Assembly (NCBI GenBank): GCA_963714015.1
Contig: OY970223.1
Span: forward strand, 2,496,001 to 2,560,000
Source: Vulcanimicrobiota bacterium
GTDB lineage: Bacteria; Vulcanimicrobiota; Vulcanimicrobiia; Vulcanimicrobiales; Vulcanimicrobiaceae
Direction of reading: 5' to 3'
Length of the DNA: 64,000 bases
Shown: piece after piece, positions 62,386 through 64,000 of the stretch
Numbering within the stretch: position 1 is the stretch's first letter
Layout of the letters: every line of letters starts with the position of its first letter
The notes under the pieces: generated by a model
Database searches by the model: none
Told to the model about the DNA's origin: nothing
What the model saw: only the letters and a program-made list of their open reading frames with translations
Translations under genes and position numbers: made by a program

Positions 62386-64000
62386 GTGCCTTACGAAAAG
62401 CGTGTTTACTTACCCGCTTTGTTGCTTGAGCTTTCCAAAAGCATTCCGTCTGTCTCGCAGAAGCAACTGAGGAGCTTCATCGTCAAGGCCATGCCGGATC
62501 CGCACTTCCACGGCACAATGCTTCGCTATGTCCAAAAGCATCCATACGCGCTGCGTTCTGGCCGAAGCGACATGCCACCAGCGATGATTCGCTTCGCTGA
62601 TCTGCTCGTCCGACACGGCGTACCAAACATAAAAAGGCCCGTTTGCGCTGTCTGTAACGAAGCCAAGACCCTGCCGTACAAACACGCGAGCGGTCGAGTT
62701 TGCGGAGCCTGCTTTGTGTCGCGAATTAATCTCGCAAATTGCTCCAGGTGTCATCGCCGACGTCAAATCACAACGCGCGATGAGAACGGGCCTATCTGTC
62801 CGTTGTGCTGGGGTAATGACGCACGAAATCTAGCAGCATGCACGGTATGCAACACCTACGGTCCCGTCGCCGTTCGCCCTAAAGGAAAACCGATTTGCCA
62901 GCTTTGTTACGATCGCCCACGGCGGCGCTGTGCTGATTGCAAAGCGCTTCGATACATCCACAGCACTAAAGAGGGACGGGATGTTTGCAGAGATTGCTAC
63001 TCTGCTCGTCGTCGCAACGTTGAATCCAATTGCATAGTCCGACATCGGAACACGCGCCGCCGTTCTTGCACATCTTGCGGTAAAACGCGCGCGTGCGTAG
63101 ATTATCTCACGGATAGACCCCTCTGTGTACCGTGCGCTGGCCGGCCGCACCGAAGATGTGCCGGTTGTAAAGACGCCCGTCCTGTTCAAGCAGTATGGGA
63201 AGGGGGACCCGTTTGCAGCACGTGTTATGCCACGTATTTAGACGAGCTGCGCAAATGCTCGCGCTGTCTCAAGATGGAACAGCTCGTGCCAACGCGCGAG
63301 GGTGCCCTCTGCCGGCCATGTCTTGGCACAACAGGCTCGCGATACCTGTGTGAAATGTCGCGGCTACGACAACCTGTACGAAGCGGGAACGTGCGCTCGA
63401 TGTGTCCTTCAAGCGAGAGTAGAGGAGATGTTGTCCGGCCCGGACGGCGCGATTCCCATCGATCTGCAACCTGTGCTGCGAAATCTTGTAGATGATAGGG
63501 ACCCACGTGCTGTACTCGGTTGGCTTCGAAAATCCGGTGGAGCGACGCTTTTGCGCGAGATCGCTCGCGGGAAGATTGAACTTTCACACGCCGAGCTCAA
63601 CCGAATCGGCTTCAGCAAACCAGTTATCTTCCTTCGTTGGCTACTGATTGCTAGCGGCGTGCTGTCCGAGAACGGAGCCACCGCAAGTCGACTCGAGGTT
63701 TGGCTTGACAGACTTCCTGAAGGACATCGATCACAAAGACGTGTTCATTCTTCGCACGTATGCCAACTGGCGTCTATTCCCACGGCTCCGCCGCAAAATT
63801 GACCGAAATCTGTTGACAGATTCCGGGATCAAATGGTGTCAAACTCGCCTACGCGTAGCTGCTGCGTTCCTTTCTTGGCTGCGCGAGAGCGATATACTTC
63901 TGCAATCGTGTTCGCAGCATCACATCGATGCTTGGCTAAGCAGCTCCCCATCGACAGCATATGGAATTCGCGACTTTGTTCGTTGGACATGGAGTCGTAG
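62386..64000 (+). CDS. Large Cys-rich protein with 16 CxxC motifs followed by a helical domain (frameshifts ~63335 and ~63712; runs off the right edge)
   Basis: Three consecutive frames: 14 CxxC, then CVKC/CARC..LRWLLIASGVL, then ILRTYANW..FLSWL..CSQHHIDAWL..IRDFVRW. Confidence 0.8.

Larger units (their letters stand above)
60781..64000 (+). mobile_element. Left part of a tyrosine-recombinase element (integrase + HTH + poly-CxxC protein)
   Basis: Visible drop in GC and change in codon style after the nrdJ stop, palindromic sites 60781-60940, three tightly linked genes. The right end lies outside the window. Confidence 0.75.

Overview
GC-rich bacterial chromosome segment, mostly housekeeping. 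The gene repertoire and style (lipoprotein phosphoesterase, PQQ propeller, many GGDEF/EAL proteins, yqeG-aroE, DUF4446) suggest Eremiobacterota/Vulcanimicrobiota, which is inference only. Contents: tig-clpP-clpX; eight tRNAs (Gly, Leu, 2x Lys, His, Arg, Pro, Ser); SRP RNA; lepA-rdgB; a tyrosine catabolism cluster (hppD, hmgA, fahA); deoC plus aldehyde dehydrogenases; icd; serA with two histidine phosphatases; five c-di-GMP genes; and a B12-dependent ribonucleotide reductase with NrdR boxes. The right edge holds the left part of a visibly lower-GC element encoding a tyrosine recombinase, an HTH protein and a 16xCxxC protein. The most unusual non-coding signals are that tRNA-Ser and tRNA-Leu are each followed by an antisense copy of their own 3' part (amplified as ~120-bp repeats at tRNA-Ser), and that a ~2 kb islet is bounded by a degenerate copy of the tRNA-Lys 3' part. 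About 16 frameshifts, mostly +1 and including conserved housekeeping genes, indicate uncorrected sequencing indels, so split genes are reported as single CDSs.
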